DNA of 64,000 nucleotides from an uncultured Gammaproteobacteria bacterium (GCA_964411255.1 CAYPKD010000002.1:34100-98099), one strand, 5' to 3'; positions 10,540 to 20,295 are shown, counted from the stretch's first letter. Notes: generated from the letters alone by a model not told the origin. A program made the numbers and translations.

Positions 10540-11655
10540 ATGAAAAAATCAAAACTTTTTACATCAATTATTGTTTTTTTAGGTCTTGCATTTGTTTTTA
10601 ATACGGTAAACGCAGCAGTTATTGATCATGCCAAAGGCAGGTTTTTGCTTCAAGTCGAGGACAAAGGCCAGGCATGGTATGTCAGTCAGGACAATTTGCT
10701 TAAGTATTATTTGGGCAGAGAATATGATGTGCTTAATGTTTTAAGCAAAGTAGGGCTTGGAATTTCAAATGCTAATCTGAATAAAATCCCAATTGCCCTT
10801 TTGCCAATGCCAGGACCAGATACTGACCATGATGGATTGTCTGATGACTTTGAGTGGTCTCAGGGTACAAAGTCATATGATCAGGATTCTGATGGCGACG
10901 GCTATTTAGATAAAGAAGAAATAGAACATGATTATTCTCCGCTTAATCCATTTCCAGTAAAAATATCATATAACCAGAATTTTGCCAGAAATTTGGCTGG
11001 AAAAATTTTACTTCAGGTTGAAGCCAGGGGAGAGGCCTGGTATGTCAATCCAGATAATCTGCACCGTTATTATTTAGGCCGTCCAGCTGATGCCTTTACT
11101 GTAATTAGAGAATTAGGCGTGGGAATTTCAAATAATGATTTAGCTCAAATTGCCACAGCGCCAGATTCATTGTCCCAGCCATCAGGTGGCCAGGGATTTG
11201 AATACCCGCTCCAGGATTTGCCCTGCCGGACATGCGATTTGCCATATAAAAAAGTCGGAGATCAATATGTTTTGCCAGGTGGCTGGTTGAGCAAAGCCAA
11301 GGATGATTATTTCACCTGCGCCTTAACTGAAATTTGCGATATGGCTGGCTATTGCGGAGATGCAGGCATATCAACAGTCAAGCAGATTGAAATGAACCCG
11401 GAAAAAAATAATATTATGCTGGCTATTGTGGAAATAAAATGGAATCCAAACAATACAAGCTCTCTGCTATATTTTACAGAAAATTACGGTACTACCTGGA
11501 TTAAAAAAGCAGATGCCACTCGATTTCGCATAAGTAATGATGATCCAAGTTTAGTCTTTGTTTATAATGGAGATTATAATACACTGGTTTCAGAAGAATA
11601 CGGCACGTTTTACATTAATGCTGACAGCTATTGGAATAGATTTAAAATTTGGTAA
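10540..11655 (+). CDS. Secreted/surface protein with a duplicated 'LLQVE..G.AWYV...YYLGR' domain and a Ca-binding DxDxDG repeat
   Basis: Signal peptide; internal duplication; 'DTDHDGLSD', 'DSDGDGYLD'. Confidence 0.75.
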   Translation: MKKSKLFTSIIVFLGLAFVFNTVNAAVIDHAKGRFLLQVEDKGQAWYVSQDNLLKYYLGREYDVLNVLSKVGLGISNANLNKIPIALLPMPGPDTDHDGLSDDFEWSQGTKSYDQDSDGDGYLDKEEIEHDYSPLNPFPVKISYNQNFARNLAGKILLQVEARGEAWYVNPDNLHRYYLGRPADAFTVIRELGVGISNNDLAQIATAPDSLSQPSGGQGFEYPLQDLPCRTCDLPYKKVGDQYVLPGGWLSKAKDDYFTCALTEICDMAGYCGDAGISTVKQIEMNPEKNNIMLAIVEIKWNPNNTSSLLYFTENYGTTWIKKADATRFRISNDDPSLVFVYNGDYNTLVSEEYGTFYINADSYWNRFKIW

Positions 11656-11702
11656 GCATAAAAAATAAGGTATTTAAAAAACCGCGTGAATGTCGCGCGG
11701 TT

Positions 11703-12614
11703 TTATTTTTGTTGATTTTTCCATCTCCTAAACATTAATTTAAAAAGTTTTTTATGATCATCAGTCCAGTATTGCATATCAGTGATAATTGAATTAGGTT
11801 TATGAACACAATTAATGCATGTTTTTTTCGCGTCTCGGGCATGAACGGTCATTCTTACAGAACCAATCATATGTTTAAGCAGTTTAGCCAGACGGGCCTT
11901 GTTTTCTTTCATTCTTTTTTCAACAAGATCAGCAGTAACAATATTATTTTCAGTTACATCATCTGTAACAATGGCAATAACCAGGATGCAAGTATTTGAT
12001 TCAACGGCAAGTTTGGTGAACGGAATTTGAGTCATGCCTATTAAATCACAGCCACCAGTCATACGAAGTTCAGCTTCATTATAATAATGAGGACCTTCAA
12101 TGGTTACGCAGGATTTGTCTAGGTGATATCTAAAACCTAGTTCCTCACAGGCCTCAACAAAAACATTTTGAACATATGGGCAGGAAATTTTTTCTGTCGG
12201 ACAATGGCCGACCCAGCCGTCCTGGAAAAAGGTTTTTCCAGTGCGAGGTCCTGTTTGGTCAAGAACTTTGGTGATAATTGCAAAGTCTCCAGCTTTAAAT
12301 TTTGTTGGAATATTACTAATAGCTCCGACAGCTGTGAAATTCAGAATAATATCAACTTTTTGATTCATTAAGGCGAAAATATTTGCACGTTCATTGATTT
12401 GATGCGGTGGAATAGTATGGCCAACACCGTGTCTAAGTAAAAATAAAAATTCAGGAGTTTCTTTAGATAAATCTTCATACTTCATCCAATAAAGAGGAGA
12501 AGACGGATTTCCATATGGTGTCGGAAAATTCCCGATTACTTGAACTTGTTTTGCGCCTGGAATGTCTCTTAATCCGCTGCCGCCAATGACAGCAATGTTT
12601 GGTGTGTCAGCCAT
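11703..12614 (-). CDS. mtnP: Methylthioadenosine/purine nucleoside phosphorylase
   Basis: 'AVIGGSG', 'TPYGNPS', 'RHGVGHTIPPH', 'EGP', 'IGMT'; Met at 12614 has an AAGGAGGT SD. Confidence 0.85.
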   Translation of the reverse strand: MADTPNIAVIGGSGLRDIPGAKQVQVIGNFPTPYGNPSSPLYWMKYEDLSKETPEFLFLLRHGVGHTIPPHQINERANIFALMNQKVDIILNFTAVGAISNIPTKFKAGDFAIITKVLDQTGPRTGKTFFQDGWVGHCPTEKISCPYVQNVFVEACEELGFRYHLDKSCVTIEGPHYYNEAELRMTGGCDLIGMTQIPFTKLAVESNTCILVIAIVTDDVTENNIVTADLVEKRMKENKARLAKLLKHMIGSVRMTVHARDAKKTCINCVHKPNSIITDMQYWTDDHKKLFKLMFRRWKNQQK

Positions 12615-12688
12615 GCGTACCTCCTTGTAGACCATGCTTGTAAAGAACAGTGTTATTTTAACGGAAATTTGGGATTTGTCAATATTTG

Positions 12689-12831
12689 GAAGAGGGCTTG
12701 AGAGGGCAGAAGAGGGCATAAGAAGGCAAAGAGGTATAGAGGTAGAGAAGGCAGATTTAATACAGGAGAAGCCTTCTTTACCTATTTTCCCCATAGCCTT
12801 ATCAAGCCTTCTTATGCCTCCTTATGTCTTC
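12689..12831. repeat. Inverted arrays of degenerate 10-mers (agagggcNNN / gccttcttat) between divergent promoters
   Basis: agagggcttg agagggcaga agagggcata agaaggcaaa, followed by gccttatcaa gccttcttat gcctccttat; related arrays at about 14057-14146 and 31533-31591. Confidence 0.75.
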
Positions 12832-12910
12832 TTAATATTCAGTTATTGACATTTTGAAATGTTTGTGTTAATATTATTTATTATGCGTAATACAAACCCA
12901 AAGGAGGTGA

Positions 12911-13237
12911 GTGATGGTTACAGTTAGGCAATTGAAAAATAAAATATTAGCAATGTCTAAAGTAGCACATCATGGAGATTTTTGTAGAATATCAGATGCG
13001 CATCGAGAATTTTGGAAAAAGCTGAATAATATCGGCGCCAGAAATATTGATGAAATGCCGCCTGAAGAGCATGATGATATTGATGCTACTGTAGAGCTGG
13101 ATGATGAAGAATATAATTCCTTAATTTCAGAATATAAGCAGATTCTATCAGCCTTCTTGAGCAAATTAGTGGATAGTAAAGATTATGAAAGAATTCGTAG
13201 AGGTGATGTAGCCGATTATAAAACTGTAGCAGAATAG
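12911..13237 (+). CDS. Hypothetical acidic protein; monocistronic cassette
   Basis: TTGACA at 12846, SD AAAGGAGGTG, hairpin terminators after the stop. Confidence 0.7.
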   Translation: MMVTVRQLKNKILAMSKVAHHGDFCRISDAHREFWKKLNNIGARNIDEMPPEEHDDIDATVELDDEEYNSLISEYKQILSAFLSKLVDSKDYERIRRGDVADYKTVAE

Positions 13238-13306
13238 GCCAAATCAGATTTGGTCTTTTTAAACTAAAAAACCATCTCATTTTTTAAGATGGTTTTATAT
13301 ATTGAA

Positions 13307-14050
13307 CTATTGTTTAGTTTGTTCTGAAACTTTTTTTATTCGGTTACTGTCATAATTTATAAAAAGTACTATCCAAAGTACAGAGAAGAAAGCCAGCGAC
13401 AAATCAATTATTGTATCTGTGATTATATTTGTAACAAAATGATCTGGAATTATATATCCGAGTACACCGCCAACAATTATGCCTACAATAATTGTTAAAA
13501 TTCCAAACAGCAATGCAATGCCAAAAGTTTTCCACCACCTGTTTTGAACAATTGCCTTACTTTCTTTAATTGCGCTATAACCCCAGATATTTTTTAAAAT
13601 TACAACATAGGTGATGAAAATCCAGTAGATGTAAAATATAATGCCAGGTACAAATAATAAAAGAAACAAACCGATTAGGAAAATGCCAGCCAGTATGTTT
13701 GTGCCAATAGCCTGCGGCCATTTTTTTAGAGATTGTATCATTGCCTGCTTAAAGTCAATGGTTTTATTATCAATTTTTGCTTTAATCACCAGGGTAATGG
13801 CCATGATGGCAATAATGCCGATTAAAAATTCCAGCAATTCAATAATTCTGAAGTAAATTCTAAAAGCGGTCCAAAATCCATGTGAGTCAATCAAAGATTC
13901 CATTGGTACTAATGCCAATATAATATTTAACGGCACATAGACAGCCAAACTGATTAAAAATATTAATTGCCAGTTTTTTATAAAATACTGCCAGCTGACT
14001 GACATTATTTCACCAACTGTAAATTGCCTTTTATAAATTTCATTTTTCAT
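13307..14050 (-). CDS. Multi-TM membrane protein
   Basis: About 6 hydrophobic segments; 'AIKESKAIVQNRWWKTFG'; the upstream Met of the ORF track lies in a repeat. Confidence 0.7.
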   Translation of the reverse strand: MKNEIYKRQFTVGEIMSVSWQYFIKNWQLIFLISLAVYVPLNIILALVPMESLIDSHGFWTAFRIYFRIIELLEFLIGIIAIMAITLVIKAKIDNKTIDFKQAMIQSLKKWPQAIGTNILAGIFLIGLFLLLFVPGIIFYIYWIFITYVVILKNIWGYSAIKESKAIVQNRWWKTFGIALLFGILTIIVGIIVGGVLGYIIPDHFVTNIITDTIIDLSLAFFSVLWIVLFINYDSNRIKKVSEQTKQ

Positions 14051-14144
14051 ATTTTTAGAGGGCGAAAGAGGGTGATATAAGGCGGGAGAAGAGTTAGAAG
14101 GCTTCATTTGTTAATTCCTTCTGTTACATCTTGCGCCTTATTCT

Positions 14145-14750
14145 CTATTTTAATAATAATAATCTAATAGCCATTACTTCAATCCAGATGTAATAAATAC
14201 CCAGATGCAGCCTTTGCAGCAAACCGACAAAAGGCTCAATTTCGATAATAAAAATGATAAATGCTGCCAGGCCGGTTATTTGAATGATTAGGCTGAAAAA
14301 TTTAAGTTTTTTCCAGTTCGGATCTTTTCTAATACTTATAAATGTGGCGATTGGAACAAATGTAAGTGCTGTAAATCCGATAACATTCAATATTTTATGC
14401 GTTTTACCCGTTGAATTGCTTAATTCGCACGCCTGGTCGCATGGGAAAAATCCAGAACCAATGACAGCGAACAAAGCAAATAATGATATTAATACAGGCA
14501 CAGTCCAGGCGATTTTTTTATTCTTCATTTTTTTAAAAAGTCCAATGCCAAAGAAAAAAATGAAAATTCCATAAATAATTAAACTTATGGAAATAATATT
14601 TTCAAAATCACTGCCTTGCTCGCCAAGCTCACTGATAAATTGAGAAGTATAGTTATATTCAGGAGCAGTTAAACCTAAAATTAGGATTAGGATTGTAAAA
14701 AAAATTGGCGCACAAATTCCGCAGAGTGCAAAATATTTATGCCATTTCAT
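14145..14750 (-). CDS. DUF998-like membrane protein
   Basis: 'PEYNYTSQFISELG', 'FPCD', 'GLLQR'. Confidence 0.75.
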   Translation of the reverse strand: MKWHKYFALCGICAPIFFTILILILGLTAPEYNYTSQFISELGEQGSDFENIISISLIIYGIFIFFFGIGLFKKMKNKKIAWTVPVLISLFALFAVIGSGFFPCDQACELSNSTGKTHKILNVIGFTALTFVPIATFISIRKDPNWKKLKFFSLIIQITGLAAFIIFIIEIEPFVGLLQRLHLGIYYIWIEVMAIRLLLLK

Positions 14751-14753
14751 ATT

Positions 14754-15125
14754 TTATTTATATGCATAATACATCCAGGCAGAAATTCCTGCTAAAACCA
14801 ATATTATCATTGCAATGACCGTAATTATTAATATTCTCTTTTGATGAGGCAATGTTTGCTGTTTATTTTTCTTTATCAGGATTGGAATAAATATGGCAAT
14901 CCAAACTGGCAGAAAAGGAATGATTGAACGAACAGAATCCTTGGGTTCAGTTGATACACTTGGCTCGGTATTTTGTCTGATAAAAAATACAGCAGCCAAT
15001 CCACCAAATACCAATAAACCAAGGGCAATGGAAATCATTAATTGCGTTTTGCGTGATTTATCCGTTTCTTTTTCTCCCGGAGCCTTTGGCTGTTCTGGTG
15101 GAGTTGGAGGTTTGTATTGATCCAT
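14754..15125 (-). CDS. Small 3-TM membrane protein
   Basis: Three hydrophobic segments; co-oriented with neighbours. Confidence 0.65.
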   Translation of the reverse strand: MDQYKPPTPPEQPKAPGEKETDKSRKTQLMISIALGLLVFGGLAAVFFIRQNTEPSVSTEPKDSVRSIIPFLPVWIAIFIPILIKKNKQQTLPHQKRILIITVIAMIILVLAGISAWMYYAYK

Positions 15126-15259
15126 ATTTTTATCTTAATTATTCATAGTTTAGCATTTTTTCACATTTAAGACAAAAAAAATCATTGATATTGACATATT
15201 TTTTAATTATGCTAATTTAGTGTGATGAAACAGGTTCATGAGGCAAAAAGGAGAGAAAG

Positions 15260-15538
15260 ATGAGCACATTAAGGGATATTGCTGAAGTTGTTCAGCAGGC
15301 ACAAGTTGCCCAAATGCATAGCTCAATGATTACGCCAAAATTTGATATTAATGAAGTTAAGAAAATTATACGCAATATTATTTTGATTATTGCAAAAGAA
15401 GAGGGTCTGAATCCTGAGCAAGTAAGTGACCTTGATGATGATACAAGGCTTTCAGAAAGAGTAGAAAATGAATTTATAGGATTAAAAAGATATTTGAAAA
15501 CTACTGCGCCTGATCTTTTTACAAATATTATTACATAA
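15260..15538 (+). CDS. Hypothetical protein; monocistronic cassette
   Basis: TTGACA at 15191, SD AAGGAG, terminator gaccggtt..aatcggtc-T6. Confidence 0.7.
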   Translation: MSTLRDIAEVVQQAQVAQMHSSMITPKFDINEVKKIIRNIILIIAKEEGLNPEQVSDLDDDTRLSERVENEFIGLKRYLKTTAPDLFTNIIT

Positions 15539-15572
15539 AAATGACCGGTTAAAAATCGGTCTTTTTTAAATT

Positions 15573-15600
15573 AAAAATCCTCACCGAATTTGGTGAGGAA
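15573..15600 (-). terminator. Intrinsic terminator; identical 28-bp copy at 16243-16270
   Basis: aaaaatcctcaccgaatttggtgaggaa occurs after both Cys-rich transcription units. Confidence 0.8.
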
Positions 15601-15614
15601 GTTGTATTATACAA

Positions 15615-16121
15615 TCAGGATCGCAGGCAGCGGCCCCATACTCCAATACCGCCAATATCTTTGCAATACTGGATTCCGACAGTTCCATCGATATCGCATG
15701 TCATCCAGTTTTCTGGCATGCATGCGCAGCCTTCGTCGATCAATTCATTTCCATTGTTATCTTGGCCGTCACAGATCTCGCCTGGCTTGAATGGGATTTC
15801 TCCTTCACAGGTAGAGCATTGTCTGCTTCCGAAAAAGCAGTACTGATTTCCACTGTAGTAATCGCCACAGTATCTATAAGAAGCTAGCCAGGAAAAGGCG
15901 TGTTGGATTTCTTTGTTGATCTTCTTTTCAAGGCGCCATTTGATGCGCGACCATTCCTGTTCATTCAGTTTATCGTCGATTTCTTGCTGTCCTTGCATCA
16001 ATTTTTGCCGTTGTTCATCTAATTTGGCTTGTCTTGGTAGATTGACAAAAACCAAATGACAGATGGAGATGACGCTAATGGTGATTGCAAGAAGACTTAA
16101 AGTCCATGAAAGTTTCCGCAT
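15615..16121 (-). CDS. Membrane-anchored Cys-rich protein with a MopE-like putative metal-binding repeat
   Basis: N-terminal TM; 'EICDGQDNNGNELIDEGC'; SD AGGAGG and TTGACA-N16-TATAAT upstream. Confidence 0.75.
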   Translation of the reverse strand: MRKLSWTLSLLAITISVISICHLVFVNLPRQAKLDEQRQKLMQGQQEIDDKLNEQEWSRIKWRLEKKINKEIQHAFSWLASYRYCGDYYSGNQYCFFGSRQCSTCEGEIPFKPGEICDGQDNNGNELIDEGCACMPENWMTCDIDGTVGIQYCKDIGGIGVWGRCLRS

Positions 16122-16276
16122 GTTTTCCTCCTGATGTTGGAATGTTAAAAAGGTACTTTTTGTATTATTTAATTATATCATATTTATTAATTTTGTCAAG
16201 TTTTAAGTAAAATTACACAATCTATTATATTTTGAATAATTAAAAAATCCTCACCGAATTTGGTGAGGAATAATTC

Positions 16277-16522
16277 TCAGTGCTGGCAATTGCATGAACC
16301 AGAACTGCATTTGCCGCTGGCCTGATTGCAATCAGAATCTGAGAGGATTCTGTGCGGCTCAGCGTTTTGGCATTTGCATTCGCCAGAGCTGCATTTACCC
16401 AGTCTGTCATTGAAATTAATCGCCGGACTGATTTTTGTATCACACTTGGAATCAGCCAGCAGGCCGAGCTTCCATTTAATGTACGTGATCAGCCTTGACC
16501 ACTTGGAGCGTCTTTGAAACAT
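16277..16522 (-). CDS. Small Cys-rich protein
   Basis: Repeated 'GKCSSGECKC'/'GKCSSGSCNC'; directly follows the 16525-17484 gene. Confidence 0.55.
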   Translation of the reverse strand: MFQRRSKWSRLITYIKWKLGLLADSKCDTKISPAINFNDRLGKCSSGECKCQNAEPHRILSDSDCNQASGKCSSGSCNCQH

Positions 16523-16524
16523 GA

Positions 16525-17484
16525 TTAACCCCTCTTTTTAGGTTGTGGATTGCAGTCTTTGTCAATTACCCCGTCGCAGTCATTGTCCAGATGATCATTG
16601 CAGATTTCTTTGACAGGGTATGATGTCATTCTGCAATTGGAGAAACCAATCCCATCATCATTGCAGATAGCTTCTCCAGTGCCACAAGTCCCAGGATATC
16701 CAGTATCGCATGGAATGGAGCTTCCTGGAACACAAGCGCAGTTTTCGTCAATTATACCATTTCCATTGTCATCTATATTGTTGCACCGTTCCTCTGTATC
16801 GAATCGAGCAAAACGGTTTCTTGTACAACCAGCCTCATCAATTGCGCCGTCACAGTCATCATCCCTGTGATTATGGCAAACTTCAGGCCTTGGCATTGTC
16901 AAAACTTCGCAGGGCCCAAAGTTTGATCCATCAGACAAACAGACAGATGATCCCATAGCACATATACCTGATAAGCCAGTATTGCATTCTGTAACAGTTC
17001 CTGCTTTGCAAAGACAGCCCTCGTCAATGTTACCGTCTTGGTTATTGTCTTGGCCATCATAACAGATTTCCTCAGGCATATGCGTGCAGGCTGTGCAAAG
17101 AGAGGCAATGCATAACTGGCTGCCTTCTTTGCCGCTTGATTTTTCACTGCCACAGGCATAGCGGCCAATAGGCAGATCAAAATATTCAGCCAGCACTTGC
17201 TGGTGAAAATCAATCTGCTGTCTGGCTGCATCAACCAAAGTTTTACCAATAATGGTAAATGCTTTTTTCATTGCCTGACGTTCTTTTTCAATTCGCTCAG
17301 CTTCAGCTCTTTGACGAGCAAGCTCTTCCTGCTCTTTGAAATAGTTCATAGTGAACATAATTAGAGCAATCAGAGCGCTGACTGCCACAGAAAAAGCAAC
17401 GATTTTCAGTAGTGCAATCTTTGTTTTTCGAGGATCAGTTTTGAACCTGTTTTCATAATTAATTTCTCTTCTCATTCTGTTCAT
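16525..17484 (-). CDS. Membrane-anchored Cys-rich protein with four MopE-like metal-binding repeats
   Basis: 'EICYDGQDNNQDGNIDEGC', 'EVCHNHRDDDCDGAIDE', 'ERCNNIDDNGNGIIDENC', 'EICNDHLDNDCDGVIDK'; promoter TTGACA-N17-TATAAT at 17559-17531. Confidence 0.8.
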   Translation of the reverse strand: MNRMRREINYENRFKTDPRKTKIALLKIVAFSVAVSALIALIMFTMNYFKEQEELARQRAEAERIEKERQAMKKAFTIIGKTLVDAARQQIDFHQQVLAEYFDLPIGRYACGSEKSSGKEGSQLCIASLCTACTHMPEEICYDGQDNNQDGNIDEGCLCKAGTVTECNTGLSGICAMGSSVCLSDGSNFGPCEVLTMPRPEVCHNHRDDDCDGAIDEAGCTRNRFARFDTEERCNNIDDNGNGIIDENCACVPGSSIPCDTGYPGTCGTGEAICNDDGIGFSNCRMTSYPVKEICNDHLDNDCDGVIDKDCNPQPKKRG

Positions 17485-17655
17485 TTTACCTTCTCCTTGG
17501 TAGGTATTGGGTTCAAAAAGGGTATATATAATTATATCAGTAAATCAAGGATTTGTCAACTTTTTTATGCAAAATAAGCTTATTTTTGCTAATTTTACAT
17601 ATAAAAAAACCCTAGGTTTGAAGAGGATTAGGAGAATATTAAATTATAATAGTTT

Positions 17656-17886
17656 TTATACTTGGTTTTCTTTGTTGCTATGCACGTTATTTTCTTCTAA
17701 CCTGCGCTTGCGCTCTTTGTTCCATTTTATTAAAAAATATATTCCTCGTAAATATAATAAGACAGATATTGCTAATATTGCCAGCATGTATGGGTTATCC
17801 CAGGATTTTTTTTGAACAAAAATATAGTAAAGAAAAAGTACTAGAAAAACATCGCCGGCAATAATATATGTTAGAAATTTTTTCAT
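17656..17886 (-). CDS. Small 2-TM protein
   Basis: Two hydrophobic segments. Confidence 0.55.
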   Translation of the reverse strand: MKKFLTYIIAGDVFLVLFLYYIFVQKKSWDNPYMLAILAISVLLYLRGIYFLIKWNKERKRRLEENNVHSNKENQV

Positions 17887-17889
17887 ATT

Positions 17890-18362
17890 GTCTGAACCGC
17901 AGATTAATCAGATTTGATGATTGCGTTGATTAATTTTACTATTTATTAATCTCTTAAATTCTAAACTTTTCGCTCCAAAATTTATTAGTAATCCTACCTC
18001 TAAATTAAATGCTTCTAAATAATTTATTGCTTGAGCCAAGTGAACATCTTCCAGTTTGGTTAATGCTTTAATCTCTACTAATACGCAATCCTCTACAAAA
18101 AAGTCAACTCTCCGTCTACCAATTTGTATTCCTTTATAATGGACCTGTATTTCTTCTTCTCTTGTAAAGGCTAGATCATTATCTGTTAATTCAATAGCAA
18201 GTGCTCTTTGATAGATTACTTCCTGGAAACCGTTTCCGAGCGTGCTATGTACTTGCATTCCTGCTCCAATAATTTTTTCCGTAATATCTGAGTATTTGTA
18301 TGTTTTATTTGTCATAATGTAATCTGTGAAATCATTTAATCAGCGTAATCAGCGGTTCTGAC
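17890..18362. repeat. Terminal inverted repeats and aatc-type repeat arms around the GxxExxY gene
   Basis: gtctgaaccgcagatt (17890) versus aatcagcggttctgac (ends 18362), 14/16 match as inverted repeats. Confidence 0.75.
17908..18315 (-). CDS. GxxExxY protein (PD-(D/E)xK-like)
   Basis: 'LGNGFQEVIYQRAL', 'RVDFFVE..VLVEIKA', 'QAINYL', 'GLLINFG'. Confidence 0.9.
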   Translation of the reverse strand: MTNKTYKYSDITEKIIGAGMQVHSTLGNGFQEVIYQRALAIELTDNDLAFTREEEIQVHYKGIQIGRRRVDFFVEDCVLVEIKALTKLEDVHLAQAINYLEAFNLEVGLLINFGAKSLEFKRLINSKINQRNHQI

Positions 18363-18814
18363 TATTTTTTTCCTCTCCATTCCTCCAAAGTTTCCGGCTC
18401 CAAAGTAATCGGATCAACATGCAATACTTTTTTCAAATGCAGATTTTTGTAAATTAAAAACCGGTGAAGATTCACCTGATGTGTTGGATGGCTTTCTCCA
18501 ACATAAATTCTGTAATAATCTCTTTCATATTCATCTTCGGAAATATAGTTCAGTTCTCTTTCAATATACATTACTAAATGCGCCTGACCATTGCTTTTCT
18601 CCTCAATTTGTTTTGCTAATTCAGTTAGTTCAGGCGCCAGTTCATGTAAAATATCAAACATTTCCTGGCTTTGACGGTCAATTGGCTGGTCTGAGGTTGC
18701 CGGACTTATTTCTGGTATTGCTGGAGAATCTAAATTTTGTGTCTCTTTAGAAAAAGAGCAGCCAGTTAAAAAGAAAAGTAAGAATAAGGGAATGATAAGT
18801 AGTTTTTTATTCAT
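18362..18814 (-). CDS. Lipoprotein
   Basis: Lipobox 'LTGC'. Confidence 0.7.
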   Translation of the reverse strand: MNKKLLIIPLFLLFFLTGCSFSKETQNLDSPAIPEISPATSDQPIDRQSQEMFDILHELAPELTELAKQIEEKSNGQAHLVMYIERELNYISEDEYERDYYRIYVGESHPTHQVNLHRFLIYKNLHLKKVLHVDPITLEPETLEEWRGKK

Positions 18815-18952
18815 ATAAATTTTAATTTAGACGTATTTAAATTTTAACATTTTTATGCATAAATAAAAAGCAAAATGCTATATTTGACAGGAATAAAACA
18901 ATATGTTATCATTGGCGAGAGTAAACGCTGGCCCGAACCATAGGAGGGGACA

Positions 18953-19198
18953 ATGGGTCAAAAAGCAGAAGCGGAAATAGTGCATTGTGTATTATGCTTA
19001 GAAGAGTTTGTGCTTACAAAACATACAGTTTATAATGATGATCTTCAGGGTTATATTTGCGATCATTGCGAGGAATCACATGAAGAAGGATTTTGCAATG
19101 ATGATTTGGGCATGTGTCCGCATGGTAGTACTGATGATGAAGGTTGTGAAGAACCCGGATGCTATGGTGGCCCTGATAGTTGGGATGATGATTGGTAA
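18953..19198 (+). CDS. Small acidic Cys-rich (Zn-finger-like) protein
   Basis: CxxC..CxxC plus further Cys; SD AGGAGG; TTGACA at 18884. Confidence 0.65.
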   Translation: MGQKAEAEIVHCVLCLEEFVLTKHTVYNDDLQGYICDHCEESHEEGFCNDDLGMCPHGSTDDEGCEEPGCYGGPDSWDDDW

Positions 19199-19318
19199 AA
19201 AAAAATTGTGAGCCTTGGAAAATTTTCTGAGGTTCGTTTTTATTTTAAAAAACTTTACATAAAATTTCATTAATGTTAATTTAATCTTACCAGTCAATCA
19301 GACTGAAAGGAGGAAAAA

Positions 19319-19639
19319 ATGCAAATAGAAGGTTTTGAGGAGATTAAAGATATTTACAAAATTACTGTCCAGCCAGGACAGAGCTCAGATGTGATAAAAA
19401 GATTTGAAAAAAGTTCTTTAATAATAATCGCTATTAGCGGCTTTGGAACAGTGCATAGAGCAGATCGGGAATTAGGACACATTTTAAGTTATCGTTCTTC
19501 ACCCAGACTTGATTTTAGGCATGGAGATGAGTTTGTTATCGATGTGTCTGATGAAGCTAAAGAGCCTTTGACTGTGATATTAATGCAGGTTGTAATGACA
19601 AAGTATATTGAAGAGCAAGAGGAAGCAGTCAATGGCTGA
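19319..19639 (+). CDS. Hypothetical protein, possibly cupin-like
   Basis: SD AAAGGAGG; 'ITVQPGQ...IIAISGFGTV' cupin-like pattern. Confidence 0.6.
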   Translation: MQIEGFEEIKDIYKITVQPGQSSDVIKRFEKSSLIIIAISGFGTVHRADRELGHILSYRSSPRLDFRHGDEFVIDVSDEAKEPLTVILMQVVMTKYIEEQEEAVNG

Positions 19640-19892
19640 ACTGCTTCCATGTAAGCCAAAAATTTTCAAAAAGGGCACTCTTGTTTTTGAAACACACAGT
19701 CTTTCATCAGATGAAATGGAAGCCTGGGTAAAAAAGGTTGCAAAGCTGTCTGGCCAGCCAGTGGACTGGCATTATTACGGAGGCATTGCCTGCGTTTTAG
19801 CCTTGGGTAATCTTGATAAAGTTAATGCTGCAATTGAGCAATTGATGCCAGAGCATGATGCTCTAAAAGAAAAGGCCCTTGGTAGGGTTTAA
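19632..19892 (+). CDS. Hypothetical protein
   Basis: Overlaps the previous stop; 'SGQPVDWHYYGG'; terminator follows. Confidence 0.65.
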   Translation: MAELLPCKPKIFKKGTLVFETHSLSSDEMEAWVKKVAKLSGQPVDWHYYGGIACVLALGNLDKVNAAIEQLMPEHDALKEKALGRV

Positions 19893-19929
19893 AAACCGTC
19901 TGATTCAAAGTTAGGCGGTATTTTAATTG

Positions 19930-19992
19930 TTGACAAAAAGTAAATGGTTTGATATAAATACATATTGCCAGTGCCCAAAAAGGAGGTGTGAT
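19930..19992 (+). promoter_or_regulatory. Conserved cassette head: TTGACA-N17-TATAAA with extended TG, plus SD (copy A of 8)
   Basis: Further copies start at 20351, 20815, 29445, 29762, 30270, 30633 and 31082, each 62-68 nt upstream of an ATG. Confidence 0.85.
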
Positions 19993-20295
19993 ATGAATGA
20001 AAGTGAAAAAGCTACAGCGCATGCATTAAAGTTTAACATTGAACTTATTATTGATATGCTTGGTGAATTTATCCATCAGTCAGGACATAAGGATGTTTTA
20101 TCTGTGATGGAGCAATGGAAAAGAGTTGAGATATTTATAAATTTGATGAAAAAAATGATTATTCCTGATGAACTTCGTGGGCAAGTCATCAGTAGTCTTA
20201 AGCAATGTGTTAGTATTGCCAACACCAGCCTGATTGCCAGGGGGTTGAGAAACCTGATCAAAAAACTGGAGCAGGAAAAAGAAAAAGCTGCGTAG
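19993..20295 (+). CDS. Cassette orphan protein (probable paralog of 31145-31438)
   Basis: ATG after AAGGAGGTG; 'AH...IIDML...MIIP...VISSL'. Confidence 0.7.
   Translation: MNESEKATAHALKFNIELIIDMLGEFIHQSGHKDVLSVMEQWKRVEIFINLMKKMIIPDELRGQVISSLKQCVSIANTSLIARGLRNLIKKLEQEKEKAA

Noticed and set aside
12615-12794. N-terminal extension of MtnP given in the ORF track
   Set aside because: It runs through the promoter and repeat array; the Met at 12614 has a strong SD. Similar over-extensions were trimmed at 3471, 14107, 19927, 23901, 35050, 43398, 49116, 52979 and 53516.
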